Shown here: positions 8,020 through 17,981 of the stretch, piece by piece
How positions within the stretch are numbered: position 1 is the stretch's first letter
Layout of the letters: each line of letters starts with the position of its first letter
IMG/VR virus record: IMGVR_UViG_3300045988_167206
Coordinates: 64,001 to 128,000 of that record
DNA from: a virus
Length of the DNA: 64,000 nucleotides
Direction: 5' to 3' (one strand)
Program-made: the position numbers and the translations under genes
The notes under the pieces: generated by a model
The model's database searches: none
Told to the model about the DNA's origin: nothing
What the model saw: the letters and a program-made list of their open reading frames with translations, nothing else

Positions 8020-11000
8020 TTATCCTTCACATGAGATTGAGAACATAATAAGCACTCCGGCAGTCTGAGGATAATAGTATCCATTAATTCTACCTGGAGT
8101 ATCATCTCCACCGTCAACACCATATAACCATGTGCCAGGACTTTGATCAACATCAGCAGATCTTGTAGGATATGCTTCATAAATATTTGGAGTTGAAACT
8201 TTAGCTCTACGTCTCACAAAATCACTGGTCATGAAAGAAATAGTAGAATCCGTTTCTATAGAATATGGTTCGCCAGATATTGTTGGATCAATTTCATATA
8301 CAGAAGGAATATAGAAATAACATTCTGATGTAGATGTTGTTTTTGCTTTATCAGCATTATTAGCAATTACATTTACTTTCTTAATAAGAGATTTCCATAA
8401 AGGAGGAATTGCCTTTGGTAATCTGGTATTCAACCATGAGTTAAGCGAAGATTTAGCCCATCCACCGGAAATATTTCCATATGCACAGTTTGCACTTAGA
8501 AGGTTTTTGCCGATAAATGTAATGTTTGCTCTCTTAGTTGTATTATCGGATAGATAATATTCTTTGTACTTAGCAACCATCATTGGAATAGTCTCATGTA
8601 CCCAAGCAGCAATATCCTTGCATTCACCATCACCAAGATCTGCATACCACAGTTTAGCCCAATGAATCTTTCCTTTTGCATATTTCTCATATTCGCCATC
8701 ATCAGCTTTTGAACATCCAAATACAAGAGTAGATGGAATCACAGGGATTCTGATAGCAGAAAGAGTGGTGGTTGACACTTCATTACCAGTCAGATTTGAA
8801 CAATATATATAAGCTTGTTCGCTTCCGGCTTTATGTCGGATAACAACAAGCTCTCTATCTGCAATACCTGCTGGATTTGTACTCTTTGTTCCCCAGTTAA
8901 GGTTTACATTTGAGCTATACCATAATCTGAATCCGTTTGAACCATTAGACTGGAAGCATTGTGCAAGAGTTGCACCAGAAGTATTTCCTGCGTCAAATTC
9001 AAAATCGATTGCAAATGTGAAGTCTCGGTCAATATCCATAATGGTAGTATTAGTATCAATATAATTGGTACCATCAAATTCAGTCGTTTCAGATATGAAT
9101 TCTTTACTTTCCACATCGTCATAATTATAATCAACACCAAGTTTAAAGTTTAATGTATCTGCTTCTTTAGTCTTTTCTTTTTCAAGACTCATCTTCATCA
9201 TTGTGTAGAGTTCAACTTCAGAAAGATTTCCAAGATCTTTTCCATCAAAGTATCCTGTAGTATACTCACAGGAATCAAATACTGTATAAATCTTCTTATT
9301 TCCTGTAACAAGACCGGATTTATCCCATTCTTTGAAGAGATAATACTTAAATGCAGATTCTTCAGCTGTATATCTTGGAGTTTCTCCTTCATATTCAATA
9401 GTTGAACCAAATGGCCCAGTAGAAGACTGCAATACAGTTTCAGATGCATTTAGAGTTGGTTTCAGAATATATTCAACAGTATAATTACGAATAACTGGAT
9501 CATATACAGCAGTAATTACTCTATCCGCAAATATTTTGGTAAATGCAGAATCCCAACGTTTAAATACAAAGTCATTTTCAACTGTACTCGGAATAGTAGG
9601 AGTTTTAATAGGATTTAAACTTCTTGTAAGAGGATCTTCACCATCTGCTCCTTTATCAACATACTGAATATCTAATACTGTATGAGCTTCATCAGCATTA
9701 ACACATGTAATCTTATACTGTACGATTAAAGAATCGTAGGAGACCTCAAGATTAGACCAAATACCTTTTTGTTCATCTGTTCCGATATACTCTTTCAATT
9801 CCTGATCACGAATTACAGGGATGTGAATTGTTCCGGTGAGAACCGAATGATCTGTATTAAATTCGTTTTCATCTTTTCCGGAAAGTTTCGCTAGTACTTT
9901 TAAGATATCAGTATTATCCAAATTCCAATTAATACCTGTTACAGTTACAGTCTTCAAAGATTTAATAGCTTTTTTAATAATACTTAAAGCGTCAATTTTA
10001 GAGTTCCTACAAATAAAAGTTTCAAGATTTTCATAAGAAGGAATAACTAAATCAGTAAGATTCTGTAAATCTTTAAATGTAAGAGTATTAATTGTTGCAG
10101 GAAGATAAGCATGTGTAATTTTTCCATGTGTTGCAAATGATACAGAAGAAATGATTGTTCCTGAAGCATTTAATTTCAGAAGATTTTCACATGCAGAAAG
10201 GTTAATAGAACCGGTAAGATTTGGACAATTTTGAACATCAAGTTCTTCAAGGAGAACGTTATTACCCATATTCAGATTAGTTAAGAAAGAGTTTTGATAT
10301 CCTTCTGTATCATTACCAATAATAAGAGTTTTCAGTTTAGAAGCCTTTGAAAAATCATTATCATGGATGTAACATGCTGATAAGTTGTTTAAAGCCTGAA
10401 TTCTGGATGCACAGTAGATCAATACTGCAGTATCATCCATATTCGTAAGATTTGTGGTAATTTCATATTCCTGTCCAGCTTTTGCACGTACTTGAGTTGG
10501 ATTAGCTGAGTTACCGTATAATACAGATATATACATATCAGAATATGGAACAATTCTTAATGTGTAATCTGGTTTTACAACAGCTTCTTTAGGAGTGTTA
10601 CACCTGAACATAATCTGGTCAGATTTTACATCTGTATGTACAAATTTAGTTCCCATATATGCATGCTGATCACGTTCCCATTGTCTTCTTTGATATTTTT
10701 TACGCCCGTTCATCATTTCCTGAAGGAATCTAATAGTTCCCGCCTGGTATGTACGTAAATATAATCTTTCGTAATGAAGTCTCCACAATTCTTCCGGGAA
10801 CATTTCTTGCCATGTATCAAATTCATTGATAAGGTGAGTGTCGCTCCAACAGTTTGCATTTACTGACTGATATAGATTACGTAACTGTGGTTGCATTAAA
10901 TCACGAATACGGCACCATAATACACTTTCAGCGGCATTAAAGATATAACCAGAAGATGGATTTCTGTCTGTTTTATAGTCAGTATCTTCTTTACCATAGG

Positions 11001-14000
11001 ACATAGTAAGCTCTCCGCTATTATTTATTCCCAAGCCTGTATCGTTATCGTAATCCCAAAAGTCAAATCTATAACCATTATTTATTGCTGCTTTAGAATT
11101 GTCTATTATATAGTATTGCGCCTTCTCGCCTGCTTCGGCTGCTTCAGATGCACTCATATAATGTTTAGCCCAATGAGGAAAGACATTTTTGGCTCTATTG
11201 TCTATCATTGTATATCTCAATGTGAATAAATATAAATATTCAGCAGCTTCTTCGATCATCCAATCTCCAAGATGAGCAACAAAATCTTCATCAGAAGAAG
11301 TAATAACAAATTCATAAAAATCGCGCCAGATTTGACGGTTATTTGTACGAATCTTTTCCTTTACTTCATCTGTAGAAATAGCAGTGCCGTCTTTAGAATC
11401 CCCACAACAATCATAGCGGAATTCAAACGAACCATCCCAATTATTGTAAAGGTTATCGTAAGCGGTATTGCCTGTTTTCCATTCTGTCTTTGTAATTGGA
11501 TATTTTATTGTTCCATCTGGATTTATTACGCCTGTCTGGAATGCTGAGTTCGGGAGAGTATTATCAGAAATTTCAATACAGAACTCTTTCATGTCATCTG
11601 GGTCGTAGGCTCTTGTAACGTCAGTCTTCTTAGAATCACCCATATTACCTAGAGAATAAAAATGCCAATCAGTATCTTGGAATTCTCTATGAGTAGAAAC
11701 ATCAGGATCACTCTCCTTAAGGAAGATCACACAATTAACAAACTCCATAGAGTTCTTGACTTTCGGATCTTTTCTTGTTGCCGGATTTGAATAAGGAAGA
11801 TAGTCATTAAATCGTTTTTGAAGTAATGCATTATTAGTCATTTCAGAAGAGGCCACATTTACCTTAAAGTTCCACCAGTTATTAGGAATTGAATTTCTTG
11901 TAAGAGATATCTTACCTGTTCCGTCAATAGTTTTACTTCCATCGCCAAGTTCAAGTATTGTCTTATAATCTGGATCTAATGTGATTTTGCTATTAACCTG
12001 ATGTTCTCCATCAAAGCAGCAAATAACATCAATATTTCTTGCAGCAAAACCATATTCATTAGAAGTTGTACCTTGTCCAGCATGATAACAATTCGTGAAT
12101 TTCCAGTTATCAAGCACAGGATCACCATTTGTGTAAATACATTGCATTGATGTATTTTTTACAAAATCTTTTTTATCATTTGTAAAGTGTGGTGCTTCAA
12201 TTTTAATAATCCTTAAATCCGGACACGCTTTTGCAACTGATTCAGGAGTGAGAGAATTGTTTTCATCATAAATTTGATTACGCTCAAATCTAGCAATCAT
12301 GTCATCTGCATCTCTTGCATCTGCAATGAAATTAGCGAGAATATCTGTATCTGTTAGAGAAGCAGAATATGCTTTCATTCTATAAATATGCACATCGCAA
12401 TCATCACAACCAATTGTAATTGGAAGCGGTTCATACTGATACAATCTATGTACGTCATTATAGATCATAGGTCTGCCACCGACACCATCTTCATAAGTCA
12501 TTATAATAGATGTCGCACCATCAGTTTTAGTATCAAGAGCATTTATATTAAACTCGTATTCAATAATATCTTCTTCACTGTATGGAAAATATAAACTGCT
12601 TGTTGAAGAATAGATATTTGCTTCATGTACATTCATTTCAAGACCAACAGGATTTGCATCTTTTTTATTGATACAAGATAGGAAAGTAGCGGAAGCATCA
12701 CGAACATTTGTAGTTTTGAATACAACTTTAAATTCAGAACCAGTCTGTTTTGGATCAATTCCAAAAAGATTATAATTAATTTTAACAGTTGTTCCGGCTT
12801 TTACACAAAAGTATTGGTTTCCATCTTTATCAATCTGATATCCACCATTTGACCAGTCAAAATTATCGGATACTGTCATTGCGATATTTGAATGATTTTT
12901 ATCAGACCAAAGTCTGTTTGTATCACTATTTGAATATCCAGTTGGATTAAAATCAAATTCAAGATTTGCAGTTACAGGCTCAACATCAATATCCAGCTTC
13001 TCAATATTTGCTTTAAGAATCTTTGTAACTTTTCGGCAGGAGATAGTCAAATCATGACTTCCAACATCTGAAGATTTATAACTCCAAGTCTGTACGGTAC
13101 GATTAACAGATAATGTAGATACAGTATTTCCATTTACAGCTAATTTTACTGTTGCAGGATTGTGATCAGGATCATATACAACATATGGAATATTTGTAGC
13201 ATGATACTGCTGAGTGGTAAATTCCTGCATTGCACAACCAATAATAGGAGTTCTTTCATCTGGATTAACCCAGATAATATCTTTAATGATTGTAGATGAT
13301 TGAATAGCCTGGTTATTTACAGTAGCTGTCATATATACTTTCAGTAAATGTGCGCCGTGAGATTGTTTGGTTAAAACATAAGACAACTGTCTACCAGAAG
13401 CAGTGGTGTTTACTGAATCTAATTCAACACCGTCAAGAATAAAGTGTACTGTCTTATTAATATTTCCATAAGGGATATATCTGAATGAGACTTCATCAGA
13501 ATAGAAGAGTGTATCATCAAAAGAACTCTCTAATTTAAAATCAACAATTGTGATTGTCCAAGTTTTTGTTGAAAGAGTACCAACACTATCAGTGATTGAT
13601 AATCTGATAGAATTTGTACCTGTTTTAAGAAATTCTGTAAGATCAATACTATTTCTACCTTGACCTACTGTAAGAGTAGACACAGTTGTATTATCAACTT
13701 TCCATACAGCTGTACCAATACCTGTGGAATCACCAACATTATCAACTGATGACCAAGTATATTCAATCACAGCTTTATTGCCAAGTAGGAAAATAGCATC
13801 GGCCGGAGTAACACGTTCAATTGTCATTGTAGAAGTAGTAGTTCCGCCGCCGCCTCCACCTTGAATCGTAAATGTTTTAACGGTTTCTCCATTTTCTTTC
13901 CAATAGAAAATGTTATCAGCATAATCAACATCATATTCAGTAGATGCCGGATTTTCTTCTAACTTTTTAACTCTTCCCTCTAAATTATCAAAATTTGTTC

Positions 14001-15333
14001 CTAGGCTATCAACGGCTTCTTTATTTCCGTCAACAGTCTGTTTCATGTTGTTGACTGTATTAGTTGCTTGAGACACATCTTCCTTGAGCTGTGGAATTTC
14101 TGCTACAGATGTTTTCAGCTTTCCAATAGCATCTTCATTGGTTTTAATTTTAGTATCACGAACTGTATCAGCTTCGTTTATTTTATCTAGAGAAGATGTT
14201 AGAACGGTAATTTTCTGTCCATTCTCAGCCTGTTGCTTTTGAATAGACTGAATACTATTGTTAATAGGAGTGATATTAGCAGCTATCCATTCAGTAGAAG
14301 GATCAATTGAACCAAGTTCAACAGAAGTAATAGGTTCTTCAATTCCTTTCTGATAAAAACTCAAAACACCTTTTCCATCAGAAGTAGTGTATTTTGCCTG
14401 CAATTTAGATAGGCTGTCAATATCAATTACTGTGTGAGCAATTTCTTTTTTACTATCTTTATATAACAGAGTAAGAGTCTGATTTGCTTTTATATAAGAA
14501 ATATCAAGATTTGCCAATCCATCCATATTATCTATGGCATTTCTAAGCAAAGAAATAGAATCATTAATACTTTTTTCTTGTGTATCAATTTCTGTTTTAG
14601 TGTAATAATTTATTAGAGAAGATGTATTATTGATCTCATCTCTGATTTCACTCATAACAGATTCTTTGATGTTATTCAGCTTTTCATTGACTTCAGTAGC
14701 TGCATTTTTAGCTTCAGTAGCAGCTTTTTTTGCTTCCTTTGTGTATTCTATAACTTTCTTTTCAAAAGAAGTCATCCATCCAGAATCCGAAGGCTCGATT
14801 GCTCCATTAATATCAATACCCTGTAAAATATTAATTTTTCCATTAGGTCTCGTGCTCCATGCATAAATCAGATTATCAACTTGTCCTGTTGCACGAATTT
14901 CAAATATATATTCACCTGGTGATCTGGTAAGTTTATCATCAATTAACCACCCAAAACAAATATATTGACTATTACGTTTTACATTGACAATGGAATATTC
15001 TCCAGGAGTTCCACCAGTTAATTTATCACTATAACGAATACAAATCGTCATTTCGGATAAATCAATACCATCATAGTATCTTGGAATTTTGAATGGTATG
15101 TACTGACTGTTTGATTCTTGCGTAATATTGATCTGCGAAGAATCCATCGTAATATTTTTATTTTCATCTACAGTAGAATATTTTTCGTCATTATATTGGT
15201 TATATTGATCATAGCCGGATACAATCTCATAATCATCTCCTGCATATACAGCTACACCATTATCATCTGAAGCAAGCGTCATTGCTTCAAATGATGTAGC
15301 CATAGCTTTTCTTTTTGCGTCTTTAAATGACAT
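8020..15333 (-). CDS. giant multidomain tail/receptor-binding protein (2437 aa)
   Basis: Uninterrupted 7.3-kb ORF. By eye it contains these regions in order:
- a BppU-like N-terminal region
- a coiled coil
- a G6 linker followed by Ig-like repeats
- a CotH-like motif pair (IDNRAKNVFPHW ... FDFWDYDNDTGLG)
- a leucine-rich-repeat block (NLSACENLLKLNASG..., LTFKDLQNLTDLVI...)
- two Listeria-Bacteroides-type repeats (FVFKRWD, YLFKEWD)
- a LamG/ConA-like segment
- a C-terminal WAKSSLNSWLN motif. Confidence 0.8.
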   Translation of the reverse strand: MSFKDAKRKAMATSFEAMTLASDDNGVAVYAGDDYEIVSGYDQYNQYNDEKYSTVDENKNITMDSSQINITQESNSQYIPFKIPRYYDGIDLSEMTICIRYSDKLTGGTPGEYSIVNVKRNSQYICFGWLIDDKLTRSPGEYIFEIRATGQVDNLIYAWSTRPNGKINILQGIDINGAIEPSDSGWMTSFEKKVIEYTKEAKKAATEAKNAATEVNEKLNNIKESVMSEIRDEINNTSSLINYYTKTEIDTQEKSINDSISLLRNAIDNMDGLANLDISYIKANQTLTLLYKDSKKEIAHTVIDIDSLSKLQAKYTTSDGKGVLSFYQKGIEEPITSVELGSIDPSTEWIAANITPINNSIQSIQKQQAENGQKITVLTSSLDKINEADTVRDTKIKTNEDAIGKLKTSVAEIPQLKEDVSQATNTVNNMKQTVDGNKEAVDSLGTNFDNLEGRVKKLEENPASTEYDVDYADNIFYWKENGETVKTFTIQGGGGGGTTTSTMTIERVTPADAIFLLGNKAVIEYTWSSVDNVGDSTGIGTAVWKVDNTTVSTLTVGQGRNSIDLTEFLKTGTNSIRLSITDSVGTLSTKTWTITIVDFKLESSFDDTLFYSDEVSFRYIPYGNINKTVHFILDGVELDSVNTTASGRQLSYVLTKQSHGAHLLKVYMTATVNNQAIQSSTIIKDIIWVNPDERTPIIGCAMQEFTTQQYHATNIPYVVYDPDHNPATVKLAVNGNTVSTLSVNRTVQTWSYKSSDVGSHDLTISCRKVTKILKANIEKLDIDVEPVTANLEFDFNPTGYSNSDTNRLWSDKNHSNIAMTVSDNFDWSNGGYQIDKDGNQYFCVKAGTTVKINYNLFGIDPKQTGSEFKVVFKTTNVRDASATFLSCINKKDANPVGLEMNVHEANIYSSTSSLYFPYSEEDIIEYEFNINALDTKTDGATSIIMTYEDGVGGRPMIYNDVHRLYQYEPLPITIGCDDCDVHIYRMKAYSASLTDTDILANFIADARDADDMIARFERNQIYDENNSLTPESVAKACPDLRIIKIEAPHFTNDKKDFVKNTSMQCIYTNGDPVLDNWKFTNCYHAGQGTTSNEYGFAARNIDVICCFDGEHQVNSKITLDPDYKTILELGDGSKTIDGTGKISLTRNSIPNNWWNFKVNVASSEMTNNALLQKRFNDYLPYSNPATRKDPKVKNSMEFVNCVIFLKESDPDVSTHREFQDTDWHFYSLGNMGDSKKTDVTRAYDPDDMKEFCIEISDNTLPNSAFQTGVINPDGTIKYPITKTEWKTGNTAYDNLYNNWDGSFEFRYDCCGDSKDGTAISTDEVKEKIRTNNRQIWRDFYEFVITSSDEDFVAHLGDWMIEEAAEYLYLFTLRYTMIDNRAKNVFPHWAKHYMSASEAAEAGEKAQYYIIDNSKAAINNGYRFDFWDYDNDTGLGINNSGELTMSYGKEDTDYKTDRNPSSGYIFNAAESVLWCRIRDLMQPQLRNLYQSVNANCWSDTHLINEFDTWQEMFPEELWRLHYERLYLRTYQAGTIRFLQEMMNGRKKYQRRQWERDQHAYMGTKFVHTDVKSDQIMFRCNTPKEAVVKPDYTLRIVPYSDMYISVLYGNSANPTQVRAKAGQEYEITTNLTNMDDTAVLIYCASRIQALNNLSACYIHDNDFSKASKLKTLIIGNDTEGYQNSFLTNLNMGNNVLLEELDVQNCPNLTGSINLSACENLLKLNASGTIISSVSFATHGKITHAYLPATINTLTFKDLQNLTDLVIPSYENLETFICRNSKIDALSIIKKAIKSLKTVTVTGINWNLDNTDILKVLAKLSGKDENEFNTDHSVLTGTIHIPVIRDQELKEYIGTDEQKGIWSNLEVSYDSLIVQYKITCVNADEAHTVLDIQYVDKGADGEDPLTRSLNPIKTPTIPSTVENDFVFKRWDSAFTKIFADRVITAVYDPVIRNYTVEYILKPTLNASETVLQSSTGPFGSTIEYEGETPRYTAEESAFKYYLFKEWDKSGLVTGNKKIYTVFDSCEYTTGYFDGKDLGNLSEVELYTMMKMSLEKEKTKEADTLNFKLGVDYNYDDVESKEFISETTEFDGTNYIDTNTTIMDIDRDFTFAIDFEFDAGNTSGATLAQCFQSNGSNGFRLWYSSNVNLNWGTKSTNPAGIADRELVVIRHKAGSEQAYIYCSNLTGNEVSTTTLSAIRIPVIPSTLVFGCSKADDGEYEKYAKGKIHWAKLWYADLGDGECKDIAAWVHETIPMMVAKYKEYYLSDNTTKRANITFIGKNLLSANCAYGNISGGWAKSSLNSWLNTRLPKAIPPLWKSLIKKVNVIANNADKAKTTSTSECYFYIPSVYEIDPTISGEPYSIETDSTISFMTSDFVRRRAKVSTPNIYEAYPTRSADVDQSPGTWLYGVDGGDDTPGRINGYYYPQTAGVLIMFSISCEG

Positions 15334-15344
15334 TTGCTTCCTCC

Positions 15345-16067
15345 TTATTTCAATAATTTATCTAAATTGATCATCTGCATACTTGGCACTTGGTCAAGAT
15401 TTATAACACCATCCTGTACTCCGTCAGGATCTTTTCCTGTAAGATCTTCTGCAATAAGAGCAGAAAGATCATTAATTTCAATACCCTCTCCAGTATCTCT
15501 TCCATCTCTGTCAGTTAAAATAACTTTTTTATCATCAGTATTAATATGAATATCTTGAACCATTCTATTATAAGCATCTTCGGTCATAGACATCATATTT
15601 TTTTGAAGAGCTTCCATGACAAGCAGTCTTTGATCAATTTCATCAAGCATTTCATTTGGTTCAAATTTAGCAAAAGCAGCAAGAGGGGAAACATGGATGG
15701 TTCCAGACTGAGTTTTACGAACATAAGAAGTAGTAGAATCATCTTCGTTAGATACTAATTTAAGAAAGGTAAACGACACTTCAATATCACCGGCTTCAGC
15801 TGTTAAATGTGCTGATGCAGGAATCAAATATTGTATATAATCATTTTCATACATTAAGTTATTCGGAGTAAGTTGAATCATTTTAATTTTCCTAGTTATT
15901 GGAAGTACATATCTCATATATACCGTACAATCTGACATATCAATTTGTTCTCTATATAATTTTGCAACCACAATTTGTATATCATCCACATAACTACTTC
16001 GTTCAATAATTTTTTCTTTCACAGTAGTTATAACAGTATTTTCATCTGTAATTTTTAATGTGTACAT
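15345..16067 (-). CDS. hypothetical baseplate-module protein (240 aa), possibly with a BppU-like N-terminus
   Basis: Lies directly upstream of the giant protein. The N-terminal beta-rich pattern resembles the giant protein's N-terminus. Weak by-eye call. Confidence 0.4.
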   Translation of the reverse strand: MYTLKITDENTVITTVKEKIIERSSYVDDIQIVVAKLYREQIDMSDCTVYMRYVLPITRKIKMIQLTPNNLMYENDYIQYLIPASAHLTAEAGDIEVSFTFLKLVSNEDDSTTSYVRKTQSGTIHVSPLAAFAKFEPNEMLDEIDQRLLVMEALQKNMMSMTEDAYNRMVQDIHINTDDKKVILTDRDGRDTGEGIEINDLSALIAEDLTGKDPDGVQDGVINLDQVPSMQMINLDKLLK

Positions 16068-16090
16068 TGCATTCTCCTTTCTGCTTTTAT

Positions 16091-17050
16091 TTAAGGCGAT
16101 ATTATTGGCTGGTCCTTGGAATCTGCATCTGCAATTATGACAGAAAATTCATTTGTACTAATATACCCTGTGATCGGAGTAATATCTTCCCATTTTGACC
16201 ATTGTGAGCAAGTGGAATCTTGATAAAAAACGCGTCTAAATATATAATATTCTTGCCTAGAGATGGTATTACTATTATCATTAAGTGGGATAACATATAG
16301 AGTTTGAAAAATAAATATTCCATTAAAATTATCATCAGCAATCAATAGTTTTTTTACATCCCCATATTGAATTGAATTTGCAATATCTTTGGATTGAGGT
16401 CCATTTTGAATATCACCGTTAAAAGTTGCTGCATAATACCAGCCAGAAGAATGTTTATTGTCAGCATTATTAAGTATTTCATCAGAAAAAACATTCCAAT
16501 CAGTTATTAATTCTATACCTACACCAGAAATGCCTATTTTTTCCTGAAGTTCATAAATATTGCTCATAGCAGAATTTATATTTGTTTCATTGTTTTTTAT
16601 TAAAACTTTTATATTATTGATATTTTCTTGATGAGCAACTTTGGTTTCATAATTATCTATAATTGATTTATCTAATTTATTTTCTTCAAGTTTTTTTAAT
16701 CTGTTGCCGATATCAGTCTGTTTTTTTTCCCCTAATAAAACTGTCGTATCGTCTAAATCATCTAAAATTTGATTTTCATACAAAACTTTATAAAGAGCAT
16801 TAATTAAGGCTTCATGAGAAATATTAGTGTTGATTATTTGATTTAATTGCTCTCCAACAGCACCAGCATCAGCGATAGAACCTTTTGATTTAATCGGATC
16901 TAATATCATATCCAATGTAGGGCGATGAGAGAGTGTGCGATAATCAATTGGAGCATAACCGCCTTGAATTTGAACAACTTGTATACAGTTATTATCTGTA
17001 TTTATGTCTTCACCGCAATCGGTAGTATTATTTACTTCATTTTCAGCCAT
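16091..17050 (-). CDS. hypothetical tail-tip/receptor-binding candidate (319 aa from the preferred start)
   Basis: The preferred start is MAENEV at 17050, after GAAAGGAAAGGTG. Central coiled coil (LKKLEENKLDKS...). No family recognised. Confidence 0.45.
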   Translation of the reverse strand: MAENEVNNTTDCGEDINTDNNCIQVVQIQGGYAPIDYRTLSHRPTLDMILDPIKSKGSIADAGAVGEQLNQIINTNISHEALINALYKVLYENQILDDLDDTTVLLGEKKQTDIGNRLKKLEENKLDKSIIDNYETKVAHQENINNIKVLIKNNETNINSAMSNIYELQEKIGISGVGIELITDWNVFSDEILNNADNKHSSGWYYAATFNGDIQNGPQSKDIANSIQYGDVKKLLIADDNFNGIFIFQTLYVIPLNDNSNTISRQEYYIFRRVFYQDSTCSQWSKWEDITPITGYISTNEFSVIIADADSKDQPIISP

Positions 17051-17105
17051 TTTTTCACCTTTCCTTTCATATAAAGAAAAGGCCATATAAAATGACCTTT
17101 TCAAA

Positions 17106-17549
17106 TTATTTCATTTGCCATATTATTTTTCCAAAAATTTTATAATATGGCTTTATCTCAGGTTTATAACTAAATATGTGACAATCTATCCAATCCATTA
17201 ATGGGATTACCCATGCAGCTATAAACATCCATAATAATGAAAACGGCAAACATATCATTCCGTCAATATTGTATGGCATATTACGATAGTCCCAAATGTG
17301 ATAATTTGTATTGAAAATAATTCCAAATATATACTCAACAAAAGTTGCAAATATTGTGCATAAAATAAGCTGTAATAAAAAATCAACCTCATATGTAAAA
17401 ATATTATTTAAATAAATCATTGGAATTACACAAATGGATGCACAGAACATCATAGTAATATCCGATCTGCCTCTAAATAAAAGTTCTATACATACATAAA
17501 TATATCCCGAAAATGTTAGAAGCAATAAATATTTTATAAAATTCTTCAT
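17106..17549 (-). CDS. multi-pass membrane protein (147 aa), CmpB/DUF1113-like; holin candidate
   Basis: About four hydrophobic segments. FSGYIYVCIELLF... and HIWDYRNMPYNIDGMICLPFSLLW resemble the WDYS...G.I motif of that family. Confidence 0.5.
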   Translation of the reverse strand: MKNFIKYLLLLTFSGYIYVCIELLFRGRSDITMMFCASICVIPMIYLNNIFTYEVDFLLQLILCTIFATFVEYIFGIIFNTNYHIWDYRNMPYNIDGMICLPFSLLWMFIAAWVIPLMDWIDCHIFSYKPEIKPYYKIFGKIIWQMK

Positions 17550-17558
17550 AAAATCATC

Positions 17559-17966
17559 CTATTCTTGAATAATAGTTTCATTTTTTTTATCATGCTTAAC
17601 TAAAAAATCTTCAATAATAGCATATTGATTTGGTGTTGCTGTTTCACAATATGGCAACTCAAAATCATTTTTAGATATCTGAAATAAATTTACATCAATT
17701 TTTGCATTAGAGATAGGAGTGATTTCTTGAGTAAATTTTTCAATAGATTCAGAGTCATTTGGATCAATATAATAACCATCAGAATTTTTTTTTCCATATT
17801 TTTTAATCGCTGCATCAACAGCCTTTTGATAATCTTTTAAGTCATTTGATAAAATGCGGATGTTTTTATAAATTGCATAACCGGTTAAACCAACTGCTTC
17901 ATTTGTAAAACCAGGCTGATTAAGTGCATCAAATAAAATCTTAATTACTGTATTTGTCATTTCCAT
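17559..17966 (-). CDS. hypothetical protein (135 aa)
   Basis: ORF in an operon downstream of Tal. No motif recognised. Contains an A10 tract (about 17776-17785). Confidence 0.45.
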   Translation of the reverse strand: MEMTNTVIKILFDALNQPGFTNEAVGLTGYAIYKNIRILSNDLKDYQKAVDAAIKKYGKKNSDGYYIDPNDSESIEKFTQEITPISNAKIDVNLFQISKNDFELPYCETATPNQYAIIEDFLVKHDKKNETIIQE

Positions 17967-17981
17967 ATTATGATTCTCCTT

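Noticed and set aside
17776-17785. Homopolymer tracts in coding regions as phase-variation or frameshift sites. These are the A10 at about 17776-17785, the A9 tracts at about 20374-20382 and 31389-31397, and the A8 at about 16726-16733.
   Set aside because: Such runs are expected in a genome this AT-rich. No alternative-frame ORF continues from them.
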